This document shows positions 48,245 through 59,116 of a stretch of DNA of 64,000 bases, in pieces; position 1 is the stretch's first letter, and each line of letters opens with the position of its first letter. The notes below the pieces were generated by a model. That model was given only the letters and a program-made list of their open reading frames with translations. It made no database searches and was not told where the DNA came from. Source of the stretch: a virus. The position numbers and the translations under genes are program-made. The stretch is from the IMG/VR virus record IMGVR_UViG_3300032235_000647, positions 66,195 through 130,194 of that record; one strand, written 5' to 3'.

Positions 48245-49327
48245 TTAAGTATCAAAACGAATTAAAAAGTTCAAATCGTAATCAGGTAAATTCTTAATTG
48301 GTTGTGGTAATTTTGCAACTGCTACCATATCTCCATTATCGTCATACAATCCAATCGTTGTAATATATGGTGCTAAGTAAGAACCAGTTGGGTCTACTGA
48401 TGATGAATTGTAATAATCATTCCATGTACCAACTTTAGTAGAATCGATAGAGCCAGAATAGAATCTTCTTTGTTCTATATCTAAAATTTCTTTTATTTTT
48501 ACATTCTTAGCAGGAGATACATTTAGAATTGGTGTTGTTTCAAAATAATAAGAACCACTAAGAGTAACATCAACTGCAGATGGATTTTGTGAATAATTAA
48601 ATTCTCCTGCTTTTACCGAAACAAGAATTTCTGTTTCATAAATAGTTTGAGTAGAACGATATTCCAATTCATAAGAAGATAAATCCATATCGCCTCTAAT
48701 AACAATTACACCATCCGAATAAAAAACATTACCATAAGAAAGTGATTGTATTGCAATATTTTCAAAATCTAACTCATAGGTAAATACTATTATACCTGTT
48801 TCAAAATTTATACTAACAACAAAATATGTTTCTGCATCTCCGTCATCTAATAATACAATACCACCTGATTGTAAATCAAATGTTACAACATCTATGTCAT
48901 ATTCTACTGAATTTTGTTCTATTGTTAAAATACCAAGTTCTGCATCAAATTTTGTGAAGTTATAAGTTGGGATTGGATTTATAAGTTTACCAAATCCATC
49001 ATCCGTATACTCATCACCATTTGCAGTTCTTAGTCTTACGGATTTTTTACGTATGAGTTCACCAAACTTATTTCTATCAATATCAATTACATAGATAGTA
49101 TCTGAAAGTTGCCTTTCTTCAGAAATTTGTGCTATATTTTTATATGACCCAAATGTATTGAAAACATTACCATCTAAATTAGAATAGTACTTTGAACGAA
49201 TTGAACGATATAGTGGATTAGAACCACTTATCAATTCAGCTGGATAAGTACCCTGACTTGCATTCCAAAGTTTATAAACCTGGAACTTCCTTTTAGTAAT
49301 ACTTGATTTTGGTATTGATTTTAACAT
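48245..49327 (-). CDS. Virion structural protein (baseplate/tail-collar-like C-terminus)
   Basis: EFNYSQNPS...YITTIGLYDDNGDMVAVAKLPQPIK...IRFD; paralogous to the next gene. Confidence 0.7.
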   Translation of the reverse strand: MLKSIPKSSITKRKFQVYKLWNASQGTYPAELISGSNPLYRSIRSKYYSNLDGNVFNTFGSYKNIAQISEERQLSDTIYVIDIDRNKFGELIRKKSVRLRTANGDEYTDDGFGKLINPIPTYNFTKFDAELGILTIEQNSVEYDIDVVTFDLQSGGIVLLDDGDAETYFVVSINFETGIIVFTYELDFENIAIQSLSYGNVFYSDGVIVIRGDMDLSSYELEYRSTQTIYETEILVSVKAGEFNYSQNPSAVDVTLSGSYYFETTPILNVSPAKNVKIKEILDIEQRRFYSGSIDSTKVGTWNDYYNSSSVDPTGSYLAPYITTIGLYDDNGDMVAVAKLPQPIKNLPDYDLNFLIRFDT

Positions 49328-49344
49328 AATATATTCCTACTTTA

Positions 49345-49352
49345 TATAAATA
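49345..49352 (-). promoter_or_regulatory. Recurrent TATTTATA motif
   Basis: About 18 nt upstream of 49327, directly after a terminator. Confidence 0.65.
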
Positions 49353-49361
49353 TACCAAAAG

Positions 49362-49387
49362 AAAAAACCCCATATTACTATGGGGTT
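49362..49387 (-). terminator. Rho-independent terminator
   Basis: 9-bp stem aaccccata/tatggggtt, GTAA loop on minus strand, followed by a U-run. Confidence 0.8.
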
Positions 49388-49438
49388 GAAACTCCTACGA
49401 GTCGGTCCTACGCTTCTAACATAGGAGGGGTACTATTT

Positions 49439-50644
49439 TTAGAAATCAAGTTTTACTTTGATTAACACTTCTTTATCAAATGATTTTGGAATTGGTTGAG
49501 ATGTTTTAGCAACTGCAATCATTTCGTTAGCATCATTGTATAAACCAACGGTTGTAATGAAAGTTTTAGGGTCTCTTTCGAAAGTTGCTTCTGTAAATGA
49601 ACCATCAGACCCGGTTGCAAATGTTGGATTGTTTGAGAAGTTAAATTCTCTATTAGTTGCTCTTACAAAGTAGTGTGATGTTGAAACATTTTCAGTTCTT
49701 CTAGCATCAAACTCAGCACCTAATTTTATTGAATTAAATAATCTAATGTGATTCTTTTGTTCAGCAACCGTAGATAATGAACCAGTTAATTCGGAACCTA
49801 CTACCGAACCAATTGCAGCTGGATTTAGTACTAACAAACCTTGATCAGGATAAAATAATCCAAATCCTTGTCCATTAGAACCTGTTGTAGAAACAACAGT
49901 TGCTTCTGCATCAAATCCTAAGTTTAGAGAACCTGATGCTACAAAAAATACTCTACCTGCTTTTCCAACGGTATCGGAAAACTTTTTACCTGAATCATCT
50001 ATAAATGTAAACAATCCATTTGAACCGCTCAAAGATAACTCCCAGTTTCCGGCATCCATTTTTTCTTTGTATCTGGCACGAGATACATTAATTACATAGA
50101 TTGCCGAAGAATCTACTCCGCCCACTTCGGTTCCATCGGTAAATGTAAAGAATTCATCATCTTGTTCTAGTAAGATAGAACGATATTGAGCATAAGTTGC
50201 CTTAGTTGCTAAAGTAGAGAATTGGTTATTATCTAAACTTACAGACCCACTACCGAATTTATGTCCATACGCTACTGCAAATTGAACTTCTGCAGATGAT
50301 GTTGCATTGATATCGGTATTATATACATTTATATAATAATTTGATGAGCTTGCTGCAGCTTGTGTGGATGATGTAAAGAAGGTGTTCAATTCACCACTAT
50401 CACCACTCCAAAGTCCAGTAGTAACAATTTCTACTTTACCAGTTACTTGGTCAAATTCACCAAATCTTTTGTAGATACCCGTGTTGATGTTTCCACCTTG
50501 AGCACCCAATTTATCACCACCAGTTAAGTATTGGTTAATAATTGTTGATAATTGCTCAGATGTTAAACTCCCTTGTTGTGCGTTTAAATACGCAGCCAAT
50601 TCTTGGGTTAAGTTAACTCCGGCTTGTCCTGTAATTTGTGCCAT
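49439..50644 (-). CDS. Virion structural protein (paralog of 48245-49327)
   Basis: EFNFSNNPT...FITTVGLYNDANEMIAVAKTSQPIPK...VKLDF. Confidence 0.7.
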   Translation of the reverse strand: MAQITGQAGVNLTQELAAYLNAQQGSLTSEQLSTIINQYLTGGDKLGAQGGNINTGIYKRFGEFDQVTGKVEIVTTGLWSGDSGELNTFFTSSTQAAASSSNYYINVYNTDINATSSAEVQFAVAYGHKFGSGSVSLDNNQFSTLATKATYAQYRSILLEQDDEFFTFTDGTEVGGVDSSAIYVINVSRARYKEKMDAGNWELSLSGSNGLFTFIDDSGKKFSDTVGKAGRVFFVASGSLNLGFDAEATVVSTTGSNGQGFGLFYPDQGLLVLNPAAIGSVVGSELTGSLSTVAEQKNHIRLFNSIKLGAEFDARRTENVSTSHYFVRATNREFNFSNNPTFATGSDGSFTEATFERDPKTFITTVGLYNDANEMIAVAKTSQPIPKSFDKEVLIKVKLDF

Positions 50645-50666
50645 ATCTTTTTAATTCCTCGTTTTA

Positions 50667-51296
50667 TTATCTTGGTTGTACATAGGATACTGTTACTGGA
50701 ATTGATTGAGAACCTCCAGTTTCGTTACCATATACGGTTAAAGTTGTCTTAATTGTTGTAGTGATATTAGGATTTGGAATGAAAGTAAATGCCAATCCTC
50801 TTTCTACTGCAGCTGTTGTAGTAATTTCATCACCCAAGAATACTGGTATGGTACCACTGCCTGCAGCTAAACCCGAACCAACAATCGAACCTGCATTTTT
50901 GTTAGCAAGAACCAAAGTATATCCCGCTTGGGTGTTTCCACTTGGAGATGTTGTTGGAGTAAGAGAAACTTGACCTGAATTCTGATTTACAGAAATAGAT
51001 GGTACACCGAATTCAACTTTAGGTATTTTAGTTGTACCCTTTGGAAGAGTTACTAATTTATATCTCAACACTTGAGTTTCATCAGGTGAAGCTTCAGTAA
51101 TAGGAATTGCTCTAATTGCTGAATCATAGTAAGCAGAACCAAGTGGATGGTCTGGTGCATATAAGGTGTAATCAATTTCATCGTCACCCAATGCAAATTT
51201 TGTAATGTTTAATCCTTCACCAGTTGCTAATTTCTCTCTACCCTTTTTGGTAAGAATTGCATCAACGGTAATCTCGGTATTATCTAAATAAGCCAT
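50667..51296 (-). CDS. Virion structural protein, tail-collar-fibre-like N-terminus
   Basis: AILTKKGREKLA.G..L.ITKFALGD resembles the N-terminus of P2 gpH-type collar domains. Confidence 0.65.
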   Translation of the reverse strand: MAYLDNTEITVDAILTKKGREKLATGEGLNITKFALGDDEIDYTLYAPDHPLGSAYYDSAIRAIPITEASPDETQVLRYKLVTLPKGTTKIPKVEFGVPSISVNQNSGQVSLTPTTSPSGNTQAGYTLVLANKNAGSIVGSGLAAGSGTIPVFLGDEITTTAAVERGLAFTFIPNPNITTTIKTTLTVYGNETGGSQSIPVTVSYVQPR

Positions 51297-51323
51297 AGTT
51301 TTTTTTCCTTTTTACTTTCAATA

Positions 51324-51331
51324 TATAAATA
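51324..51331 (-). promoter_or_regulatory. Recurrent TATTTATA motif
   Basis: About 28 nt upstream of 51296. Confidence 0.6.
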
Positions 51332-51362
51332 TAAGTATTTTTTAATTTTGTAATAATAATTA

Positions 51363-54300
51363 TTACTCTACAATCAATATTGGTTCTCCACTACCTCTAC
51401 CAGTATCAGAAACTCTTAATGTATTAGGGTTAGTAGTAAATGTTACAACAGGTGAACCACCATCAAGAGTAGTAAGTTGAGTTTGTTTAGAACCTCTGAA
51501 ATAACTATTTTCAAGACCAGTTGTTAAATCACCAACATTTCGGTAGTGAGTCGGGAAGTAACCATTCAATGGAGTTGCCGAAACAATATTACCACCACTT
51601 GGAGTAGGGGATTCTAATCCATTAGAACCAGTAAATGGTAGTATTGTTACTTTGTTTCTAAATAGTGTTTGTTTAACAAATTCTTTACCTAAAGATTCAT
51701 CATTTGGATTTATATTTTGTGGTATGTCAATTTGATAACTTTCTTTTATTTGAAATATTTTTACTCTTTCTTTTACCACATTACCAGATACATCTAAATA
51801 AGTTCTAATAGAATGAGAACCACTACCAAATACTCCAAATCCAGCAACAGAAATAGAATCTTTATCCATTCCAATTTGGGTAAATGCAGTTGATTCATAT
51901 TCACGTGTTAATGATGAACCAAGTTCGGCATCAATATTAAATACAATACCACCCATATCAGACCCTGAATTAATGGTCATAAAACCAGATAAAGATTGGT
52001 TTTCAGTATTTTTATAAATACCTTCGTAATCATTTTTTTCAGCACTCAAAGATGACACATCGGTATCAGTAATTATACCTTCATATTGTGGATTCGTTAC
52101 ATCAAATACTACATCTTGAACTACTGATAGAGTAACTTCTTTTCCTTCATTTGTACTGATTATATTAGTTTCTTCTTGGGTATTAATACTTGCCTCATAG
52201 TCACTCTTTTCAGAAGTTGGTTTTTTCCATTGTACCTTACTTCTTTCTAAAATATGTGGTTCAATTAATAATCCAGATGAAACTTTTGCTCTTGCAGGAA
52301 CTAACGATTCCAAAGTATCAAATAAAGATTTATCAATATAACGAACTAGTTGAATATATTCGTTAAAGTTTAAATCAAATCGTTCAAAATAGTAATTTCT
52401 TAATCTATCTAAATCAGTATATTTATCGTTATATTCATCTTGTGGATTTCCAATATAATCATCAATATTAAAATTACCTAATGATTTTAGGATATCCATA
52501 TTGATTTCCTTTATTGGAGAAAAGAATAAACCTAATCTATCAGTATCAATTGGTGCAGTATCAAATGATTTCTTAGTTGCACGAGATTTATAATCAAGAT
52601 TAACACCATTTATTGATTCTGAATTTATTTCATTTCCTTCAAAATCAAATTGAGTTTCAAATCTAAACTTGTTTCCAAAGTTAAATCCAGTTTGAGGAAC
52701 GGTTGCAGTTACATCTCTATCGTATGGAATATAATTATATGGGTAGTTAGTTATAGACGGGAATCCACTTGCAACTGAAGATGTTTGGTAAGATTGAATA
52801 TACGCAACATTTTTGACATCTACTTCAATGCCACGGTTTTTTGGATATTCAAAATCATTTCTAAAAATCAAATCAACCGTAGATGCAGAAATATGATTTC
52901 CATCTATACCATCTGGTATTAAAGTGTGATTTTCAATTCTTGATTCAGAAAGTGCAGTTGTCCATAATCTAAATTCATCAATAGAGCCGGTAAAGTATGG
53001 TTGAGTTCCACCAATTGTTAATTCAGAGCCACTCTTCCACGATGTTGACCCAGTTAATAATAATAAATTAGATGAAGACTGGTTTCTAATTCTACCATTG
53101 AAACTTTCTTTAATATAAACATTAAATAGTTCATTGCTACCACTTATAGTTTTATTTAATGCAATATGATAATAATCTTCATAATACACAGGAACATAAT
53201 CAGTATAACTACTTGTTTCAGTACCACTACCACTTATGGTAAATTTAATTCGTCCTAAATAATTTGAACCACTTTCTATTTCAAGTTTCCAACCATCAGT
53301 TTGTGCAATTACCTGATTTTGTTTTTGAGTTGTATTAATTCTAAATTCCACGGAATTTGGGTAATCACCATTAAACTCTTTCCAATCTACTGAAAGTTGA
53401 GATGTTCCACTTAAATTTAATGCAGCAGTTCTATCTTCAAATGTAAACTTGGTTGTAGCATTTAATTGAGGGTCTTGAGGTCCACCAAATTCCATTATAG
53501 TTAATAATGAAGCAGGTATACCATAACAAGCCATGGCTGCATGTAATGCTCGTTTAGTACCTTTATGTTTGTTTAAATATGGTAAGTTATTAAGTAATCT
53601 TCTCCAAATTTCTTGTTGTCTGTCTTTACCACTCATTGTGGAGATTTCAGTTCCATCCGAGTGCTTACCAAATGCATATTCCCATAAGAATTGAGATTTA
53701 ACTCCCATATCAGCATCCCAGCCAAGAGATTCTAACATATGATAAATCAATTCATCTTTAATACCAATTTCGTACTTGTGTTCTAATTTTTTAGATTGTT
53801 GTAATCCTTTAGTATATGACCAAATAATATCAAAATGCTGACCAATCATATTAAAGAACAAAATAAAATCTTGTCCTGCATCATCATCTTGAATATGCTG
53901 AGGTAAATTATTTATAAGATTAGATGTGTTGTAATAATCATAATCATCGGCAGATCTTGTAATTGTATCATACCAATCTAAAACAACTGTAGCAGTAGAT
54001 GCAGACAATTGAGTACCTCCTGCACCTGGATATGTTAATCCATCTTCCGATGAAGAAAAATATAAGAATTTTTCAAATGAATCAAAATCATTTTTTACTT
54101 TTGAAATCTTATTGGTATACAAATTAGCTTCATTCACAACGGTAAGAGAAGCAGTCCAATCAGTTCCAGTTGTTAAATTTTGATATTTTTCATTATAAAA
54201 TTCTATAAGTTTTATTTTATAAATAAAATTTTCTATTCGTTCTTTAGCAGAAGAATACTTTACAAAATTTTCCCATCCCCAAGTATTATCACTCTCAACT

Positions 54301-55979
54301 AATATAGAACCAGATTCTATTTTAGTTGTAGATACGAATTTTATATTTAAATCTTCTAATGAAAATTCAGATGATGATACGAACTGACTTATCAAATCAG
54401 TAGATGTAGTTGACCCACTTGATATTAATTCATCAAGAATTTGATATCCAATATCATCACCTAAATCAACACTAAAGTTTGGAGTTAAGGGAGTACAATT
54501 ATTTGCTATATCACCAATAATAGAAATTTGCTCAATCATTGGTATTGATTGTACTTTAGAAATCCAAACCGTTTGATTTTCTTCTATTGATGTTGGTAGT
54601 GGTTCGTATAATTTTAATACTAAAGATTTTGGTTGATTTAGTTTTCGTTTAAATGCATTTCCTTCTGAATCAAATCCTTCTTCGTATTCTGAAAAAGTTT
54701 CAGTATCAACACCCCATGTTGCTATTAATTTATTATCACCGTTTCCAAAATGTATATAATGAGTTAATAAATTAGAAATCTCATCTTTGAATATCGTGGT
54801 ATTAAAATGTCTATTAAACGCCTCTCTAATATCGGAAACTACATTACCTCTTCGTAATCGTAAATCACTTTTATCAAAAAGTATTTCAATTTCTTCAACA
54901 ACACCTTCGGTTAATTCATCACTTTCAATATTTGTTGGTACTAATAAAAGTTTAAATTGTATTTTATCAGTATTCTCATTATAATTTGATTTGGATTTTT
55001 TTAATACTTTATCTACATTAAAAGTTGCCTTACCCGATGGTGAGAATCTACCTAATACAAATTCAGAATCTTTTTTACTTACATAGATGTCTACATAGTT
55101 TGTGTTTATAGATGCCCAAGTAATATCAAAATCAACATTAAAACCAACAAAATCCTTACCCTTTATCATTTCAGGATAAGTTATATTTGTGATATCAGGG
55201 CCAGGTAAGAAAGACTTACTTAATACATTTATAGAAATAGTTTGTAATGGCCCTATTCCAGCTTTAATAGAAACTGGTTGTAGGTATAATGTATGTTGAC
55301 CTATGTATTGTAACTCTGTTTTTGATAATTTTAATTCACCCCTTGCAGGTAATCGTCTTTGAATTTTACCCAAAGACATCTGAACGTAATCATCTACTCC
55401 GGCAAATTCTCGTAAAGCAGCTAAATTATCATACGATAATTCGTATGGAATACTTAATGGTAATGAATCATTTATATTCCATGTATACCCATTCGTAACA
55501 AGATTTACTTTGGGTGTACTTGGTGCAGAAGGAACATTATTTTTAGTAGTGATTACACCAATTAACAAACTACCACCTGATAAATCAATTTGTAAGTCTT
55601 GGTCTACAAATGGTGTTTGATTTGCAAATCGTGGGTCATTTAAGTTTGCAGAACCTTTTAGTACTTTAATTTCACTTCTATATTGTGTTCCGATGTTTTG
55701 TCTTTCGAATTTAATCCATCTAGAATCGGTTCTAAAATTAAATGTATCCGAAATTAATCCACTCTCAAATTCGGTAATATATTTTATAGATGTGCCGCTA
55801 AATACATCAACATCGAACCTGATATCAGTTCCCCCAACAGGTTGTGTTGAATTATCTTGTGTAGGGGAGAATGTAAATTGTATTGATGTTTCAGGAGAAT
55901 CAGTTGGGTTAATAACACGCACCACTCCCTCATTTTCTTTAAAGATAGTTGTTTTATATGAAGTGGTAATTATAGCCAT
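51363..55979 (-). CDS. Large baseplate wedge-type protein with P2 gpI-like and LamG-like regions
   Basis: NLPQHI..D..F..MIGQHFD..W, YLNKHKGTKRAL..MACYG; FTGSIDEFRLW..ALS LamG end motif. Confidence 0.7.
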   Translation of the reverse strand: MAIITTSYKTTIFKENEGVVRVINPTDSPETSIQFTFSPTQDNSTQPVGGTDIRFDVDVFSGTSIKYITEFESGLISDTFNFRTDSRWIKFERQNIGTQYRSEIKVLKGSANLNDPRFANQTPFVDQDLQIDLSGGSLLIGVITTKNNVPSAPSTPKVNLVTNGYTWNINDSLPLSIPYELSYDNLAALREFAGVDDYVQMSLGKIQRRLPARGELKLSKTELQYIGQHTLYLQPVSIKAGIGPLQTISINVLSKSFLPGPDITNITYPEMIKGKDFVGFNVDFDITWASINTNYVDIYVSKKDSEFVLGRFSPSGKATFNVDKVLKKSKSNYNENTDKIQFKLLLVPTNIESDELTEGVVEEIEILFDKSDLRLRRGNVVSDIREAFNRHFNTTIFKDEISNLLTHYIHFGNGDNKLIATWGVDTETFSEYEEGFDSEGNAFKRKLNQPKSLVLKLYEPLPTSIEENQTVWISKVQSIPMIEQISIIGDIANNCTPLTPNFSVDLGDDIGYQILDELISSGSTTSTDLISQFVSSSEFSLEDLNIKFVSTTKIESGSILVESDNTWGWENFVKYSSAKERIENFIYKIKLIEFYNEKYQNLTTGTDWTASLTVVNEANLYTNKISKVKNDFDSFEKFLYFSSSEDGLTYPGAGGTQLSASTATVVLDWYDTITRSADDYDYYNTSNLINNLPQHIQDDDAGQDFILFFNMIGQHFDIIWSYTKGLQQSKKLEHKYEIGIKDELIYHMLESLGWDADMGVKSQFLWEYAFGKHSDGTEISTMSGKDRQQEIWRRLLNNLPYLNKHKGTKRALHAAMACYGIPASLLTIMEFGGPQDPQLNATTKFTFEDRTAALNLSGTSQLSVDWKEFNGDYPNSVEFRINTTQKQNQVIAQTDGWKLEIESGSNYLGRIKFTISGSGTETSSYTDYVPVYYEDYYHIALNKTISGSNELFNVYIKESFNGRIRNQSSSNLLLLTGSTSWKSGSELTIGGTQPYFTGSIDEFRLWTTALSESRIENHTLIPDGIDGNHISASTVDLIFRNDFEYPKNRGIEVDVKNVAYIQSYQTSSVASGFPSITNYPYNYIPYDRDVTATVPQTGFNFGNKFRFETQFDFEGNEINSESINGVNLDYKSRATKKSFDTAPIDTDRLGLFFSPIKEINMDILKSLGNFNIDDYIGNPQDEYNDKYTDLDRLRNYYFERFDLNFNEYIQLVRYIDKSLFDTLESLVPARAKVSSGLLIEPHILERSKVQWKKPTSEKSDYEASINTQEETNIISTNEGKEVTLSVVQDVVFDVTNPQYEGIITDTDVSSLSAEKNDYEGIYKNTENQSLSGFMTINSGSDMGGIVFNIDAELGSSLTREYESTAFTQIGMDKDSISVAGFGVFGSGSHSIRTYLDVSGNVVKERVKIFQIKESYQIDIPQNINPNDESLGKEFVKQTLFRNKVTILPFTGSNGLESPTPSGGNIVSATPLNGYFPTHYRNVGDLTTGLENSYFRGSKQTQLTTLDGGSPVVTFTTNPNTLRVSDTGRGSGEPILIVE

Positions 55980-55992
55980 TTATTAATGTATT

Positions 55993-56550
55993 TTATCGTT
56001 GTGCATTGTTTCTATTCATTGAAGTACCAGCTACTGCAAATTCAGGTCCTCTAAATTGACTAGAATTTGAATCAGAACCACCAGTTCCATTCGCTAATGT
56101 TTGTCCACTTCCACCACCTGCGGTAGCTCCAACTACATTGGTTACCACTTCAGATGAAATAATATAAGTTTCCAATGATGAATTCGTACCATTAATTACT
56201 GAAATTATTTTTGGTGTTAATAATTCAGTTTCTTGAAAATTCATAACATGAGGTGTGGTAAATTTAGTATCAACTCCATCAAGTAAAATACTTGCACCAA
56301 TCGGAGATGAAGTTATAGTAAAAGAAATAGTTCTACTAATAGGCACACTTGAAACTGCACCTGAAGTGTTGGTTACGGTGGTGGTAGTGGTTTCTCCAGT
56401 TTGTCCAGTTCCAGCTCCTCCATTACTTTCTGCAAGACTTGCTGCATCTTGTTGAGTAGCCGCAAGTGGATTGTTGGGATCAAATTGCCCTATGCCGCCA
56501 CCACTACGAACATCACCTATACCAATATTTGAAACATCTACTACAGCCAT
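55993..56550 (-). CDS. Gly/Thr-rich protein with PEGA-like domain
   Basis: ITSSPIGASILLDG..T..TTP PEGA motif flanked by low-complexity segments. Confidence 0.6.
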   Translation of the reverse strand: MAVVDVSNIGIGDVRSGGGIGQFDPNNPLAATQQDAASLAESNGGAGTGQTGETTTTTVTNTSGAVSSVPISRTISFTITSSPIGASILLDGVDTKFTTPHVMNFQETELLTPKIISVINGTNSSLETYIISSEVVTNVVGATAGGGSGQTLANGTGGSDSNSSQFRGPEFAVAGTSMNRNNAQR

Positions 56551-56579
56551 TATTTAAATTCTAAATTTATTGTATCCTA

Positions 56580-56587
56580 TATAAATA
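56580..56587 (-). promoter_or_regulatory. Recurrent TATTTATA motif
   Basis: About 30 nt upstream of 56550. Confidence 0.6.
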
Positions 56588-56600
56588 TTTTAATATTATT

Positions 56601-58082
56601 TTATTGTTGAGCATTTCTTGTAGGTCTAGCTCCTGCAGCAATTCCATAATTAAATTGACCAGTCTGTCCTCTAGTATCTTCACTAAATCCTTCTCCTGCT
56701 GTAGTAGTAGGGCCACTGGCACCACCACCAGTTGTGGTATTAGTTGTTGTATTATTTGCAGATTCATTACTTTTATCAACAGAAGTTTTAGGTACATCTC
56801 TAACATCTCCACCTGCTGAAATGTCAACCGACCCTTCGTAGTATGTTAATTTAAATTCGTCAAATTCATTAAATGTTTGCATACTTCCACCATTTTCAGA
56901 TAAATATTTAACCTTAGAACCATCTTTCCATCCGTACCAAGTTTTTGTTACCAAATTACCTCTAGTTGAAGTTCGTGGAATCTGTCCATCATTTGTACCT
57001 CTCTCAAAAACACAACTACCATCATCTTCAGTTGCAAGTGGATTGTAATTTTTTGCAGTTGGATTAGTACACCCTCTTACTACAGCCGGTTGATTTACGA
57101 ATAAATCAGTATCGTATTTTGTACCTGAAGTTACTGTTTTTAAAAGTTGTTTTACTTCATCTAATGTTATTTGTTCATCTAAAGTTAAAATATTTTCTTC
57201 TTGATATGTTCGTTGTGGTAAGTATTTATCTATTACTTTTATTAGAATTGAATTTAAAGTTTCTACAATTTTTTCTACTGATAATTCTAAATCTCTTGGA
57301 GTAGAAAGTGGTTTACCATAATTGTTAGATGAAATATTCCAATCTTTATTATCAACAAAATATTGAGCACCTTCAATCAGTTTTTCTCTGATTTGATTTA
57401 TGAATAAATCCCAGCTTTGAATTTTAAATTCTGCTTGAATTAGTTTTACATAATTTTCACCTGAAACTACACTGCCATTCAATGTTAAAAATGTTTTTAA
57501 TACATCATCAACCTTAATAGATTCAACCATCGATTTTACAAAATAAATGGTATCATCTCTAAAATTTCTACCATTTAATAAAATGTTTAATCTTTTTTGT
57601 AAATCATCATATACTAATTCATTTTCATCTTCCATAGGAAGAACACGAATTTCAGTACGAGATGGTGATATTTCATGAATCCATAATTTATCTTTATCTA
57701 TTGTTTCCGAACCAACTCGTCTGTTTAATAAGGAAACTTGACTTTTAAAAATACCATTAGAATAACCAGCCTCGGTAATAAGTTTTTCTATATCAATAAT
57801 ATACTCATCTGCCCCATTCATTTTCATGTTTGAGGGATTTTGAGTAATTAAGAAGTATTTTCTAATATTTTCTAAATCCAAAGGAATGTATCTTACTAAT
57901 TGGCCAGAATCCCCTTGTGGTAATTGATTATCATTTGAATCATAAACAATAAATTCAATCATATCGGATATACCAAGACCAAAGTATGATTTACCAATTT
58001 CTCTTTCGAAAATGGCTCTATCTTTGGCGTTCACCTTGAACCCTTTTTTATCTACTATTTCTTTGAATCCTCTTATTGCCAT
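56601..58082 (-). CDS. Putative virion structural protein
   Basis: IHEISPSRTEIR motif; GCTNPTAKNYNPLATEDDGSC Cys motif; Thr/Gly-rich tail. Confidence 0.65.
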   Translation of the reverse strand: MAIRGFKEIVDKKGFKVNAKDRAIFEREIGKSYFGLGISDMIEFIVYDSNDNQLPQGDSGQLVRYIPLDLENIRKYFLITQNPSNMKMNGADEYIIDIEKLITEAGYSNGIFKSQVSLLNRRVGSETIDKDKLWIHEISPSRTEIRVLPMEDENELVYDDLQKRLNILLNGRNFRDDTIYFVKSMVESIKVDDVLKTFLTLNGSVVSGENYVKLIQAEFKIQSWDLFINQIREKLIEGAQYFVDNKDWNISSNNYGKPLSTPRDLELSVEKIVETLNSILIKVIDKYLPQRTYQEENILTLDEQITLDEVKQLLKTVTSGTKYDTDLFVNQPAVVRGCTNPTAKNYNPLATEDDGSCVFERGTNDGQIPRTSTRGNLVTKTWYGWKDGSKVKYLSENGGSMQTFNEFDEFKLTYYEGSVDISAGGDVRDVPKTSVDKSNESANNTTTNTTTGGGASGPTTTAGEGFSEDTRGQTGQFNYGIAAGARPTRNAQQ

Positions 58083-59116
58083 GATACTTGCTTATTCTTA
58101 TTTGCAAAGACTTTATATACTAAAATTGAAAACTTCTCACCAAATTTATGTAAGAATTTTCCTTTATAATTTTGTTTTGGTAAAACACCCATTTCATATG
58201 CCATGTATTCAGACCAATCTTTAACAAAATAATTGTAAACAAATTTAGAAAAAGATTTAGATGTTTTAAGTTTATCAACAATTGGTTGAGCCCATATCCA
58301 ATATCCATACATGATTTCTGGATTTTTTTGAAGTACAATATCACCAAACTTGGAATCCATATCATAAATAAATTGAGGCATGAATCCTTGATTATACATT
58401 TCAGTACAAATGATAGTACCTCTTCCTTCACTATTTCTTTCATTAAGTGCATTAGCAGCATCTGCAAAATTATTTTGTGCAGCTACTAAATTATCTTGAA
58501 TTGTTGCAATGGTGTTGTTAGCTCTTTCCAATGAACTCTTCGCATCTTCTTGAAGTGCTATAAATGCTTCTTTTTCGGCAAGTAAACCTTGTAATGATGC
58601 TTCTCGTGATACTCTTTCTATTGCTTCTTTAACGCCCTTAGAAAGTGCAGATTGTAAATCTAAAGTTACGGTTTGCAGTACTTGATTTGTAGCGTCTCTT
58701 TCATTTTCAGCAGATGCCTTTAGTAGTTTTTGTAAATCAATATCAACTTCTAATTGTTCTATATCACTTCTAAGACCTTCATTTTCTACAAGTAGGGTAT
58801 CAACTTCTTGTTGTAAATTTTGTATATCACTAAGAGCCTGATTATACAATCTTCGTAAATCATCGTATATTGTTTTTAATACAACAGCAGGGGCCTCTCT
58901 TTGTGGTGGACCTATTAATTCATCAACAACCGTATCAACTGCTTTAACAAGCTGTTCATTATTATAAACGGGTCTTTCAACATAACCAAAAGTAGAACCA
59001 TCAGTATCTATTCGAGTATCTGATATAATGGTTCCATCATCAGTAAATTCCCGTTTTAATGCAGCTGAACCACTTTTTATAAGTTCTGATAATATAAATT
59101 CGTTACCTAATGCCAT
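58073..59116 (-). CDS. Coiled-coil protein with C-terminal IICT...GYxxWA module
   Basis: Long heptad region, then GTIICTEMYNQG...GYWIWAQPIV. Confidence 0.6.
   Translation of the reverse strand: MALGNEFILSELIKSGSAALKREFTDDGTIISDTRIDTDGSTFGYVERPVYNNEQLVKAVDTVVDELIGPPQREAPAVVLKTIYDDLRRLYNQALSDIQNLQQEVDTLLVENEGLRSDIEQLEVDIDLQKLLKASAENERDATNQVLQTVTLDLQSALSKGVKEAIERVSREASLQGLLAEKEAFIALQEDAKSSLERANNTIATIQDNLVAAQNNFADAANALNERNSEGRGTIICTEMYNQGFMPQFIYDMDSKFGDIVLQKNPEIMYGYWIWAQPIVDKLKTSKSFSKFVYNYFVKDWSEYMAYEMGVLPKQNYKGKFLHKFGEKFSILVYKVFANKNKQVSWQ

Noticed and set aside
13312-58467. Short alternative-frame minus-strand ORFs (13312, 36857, 43035, 43959, 46141, 56567, 58120)
   Set aside because: Nested in well-supported genes; no slippery site or motif supports a frameshift product.
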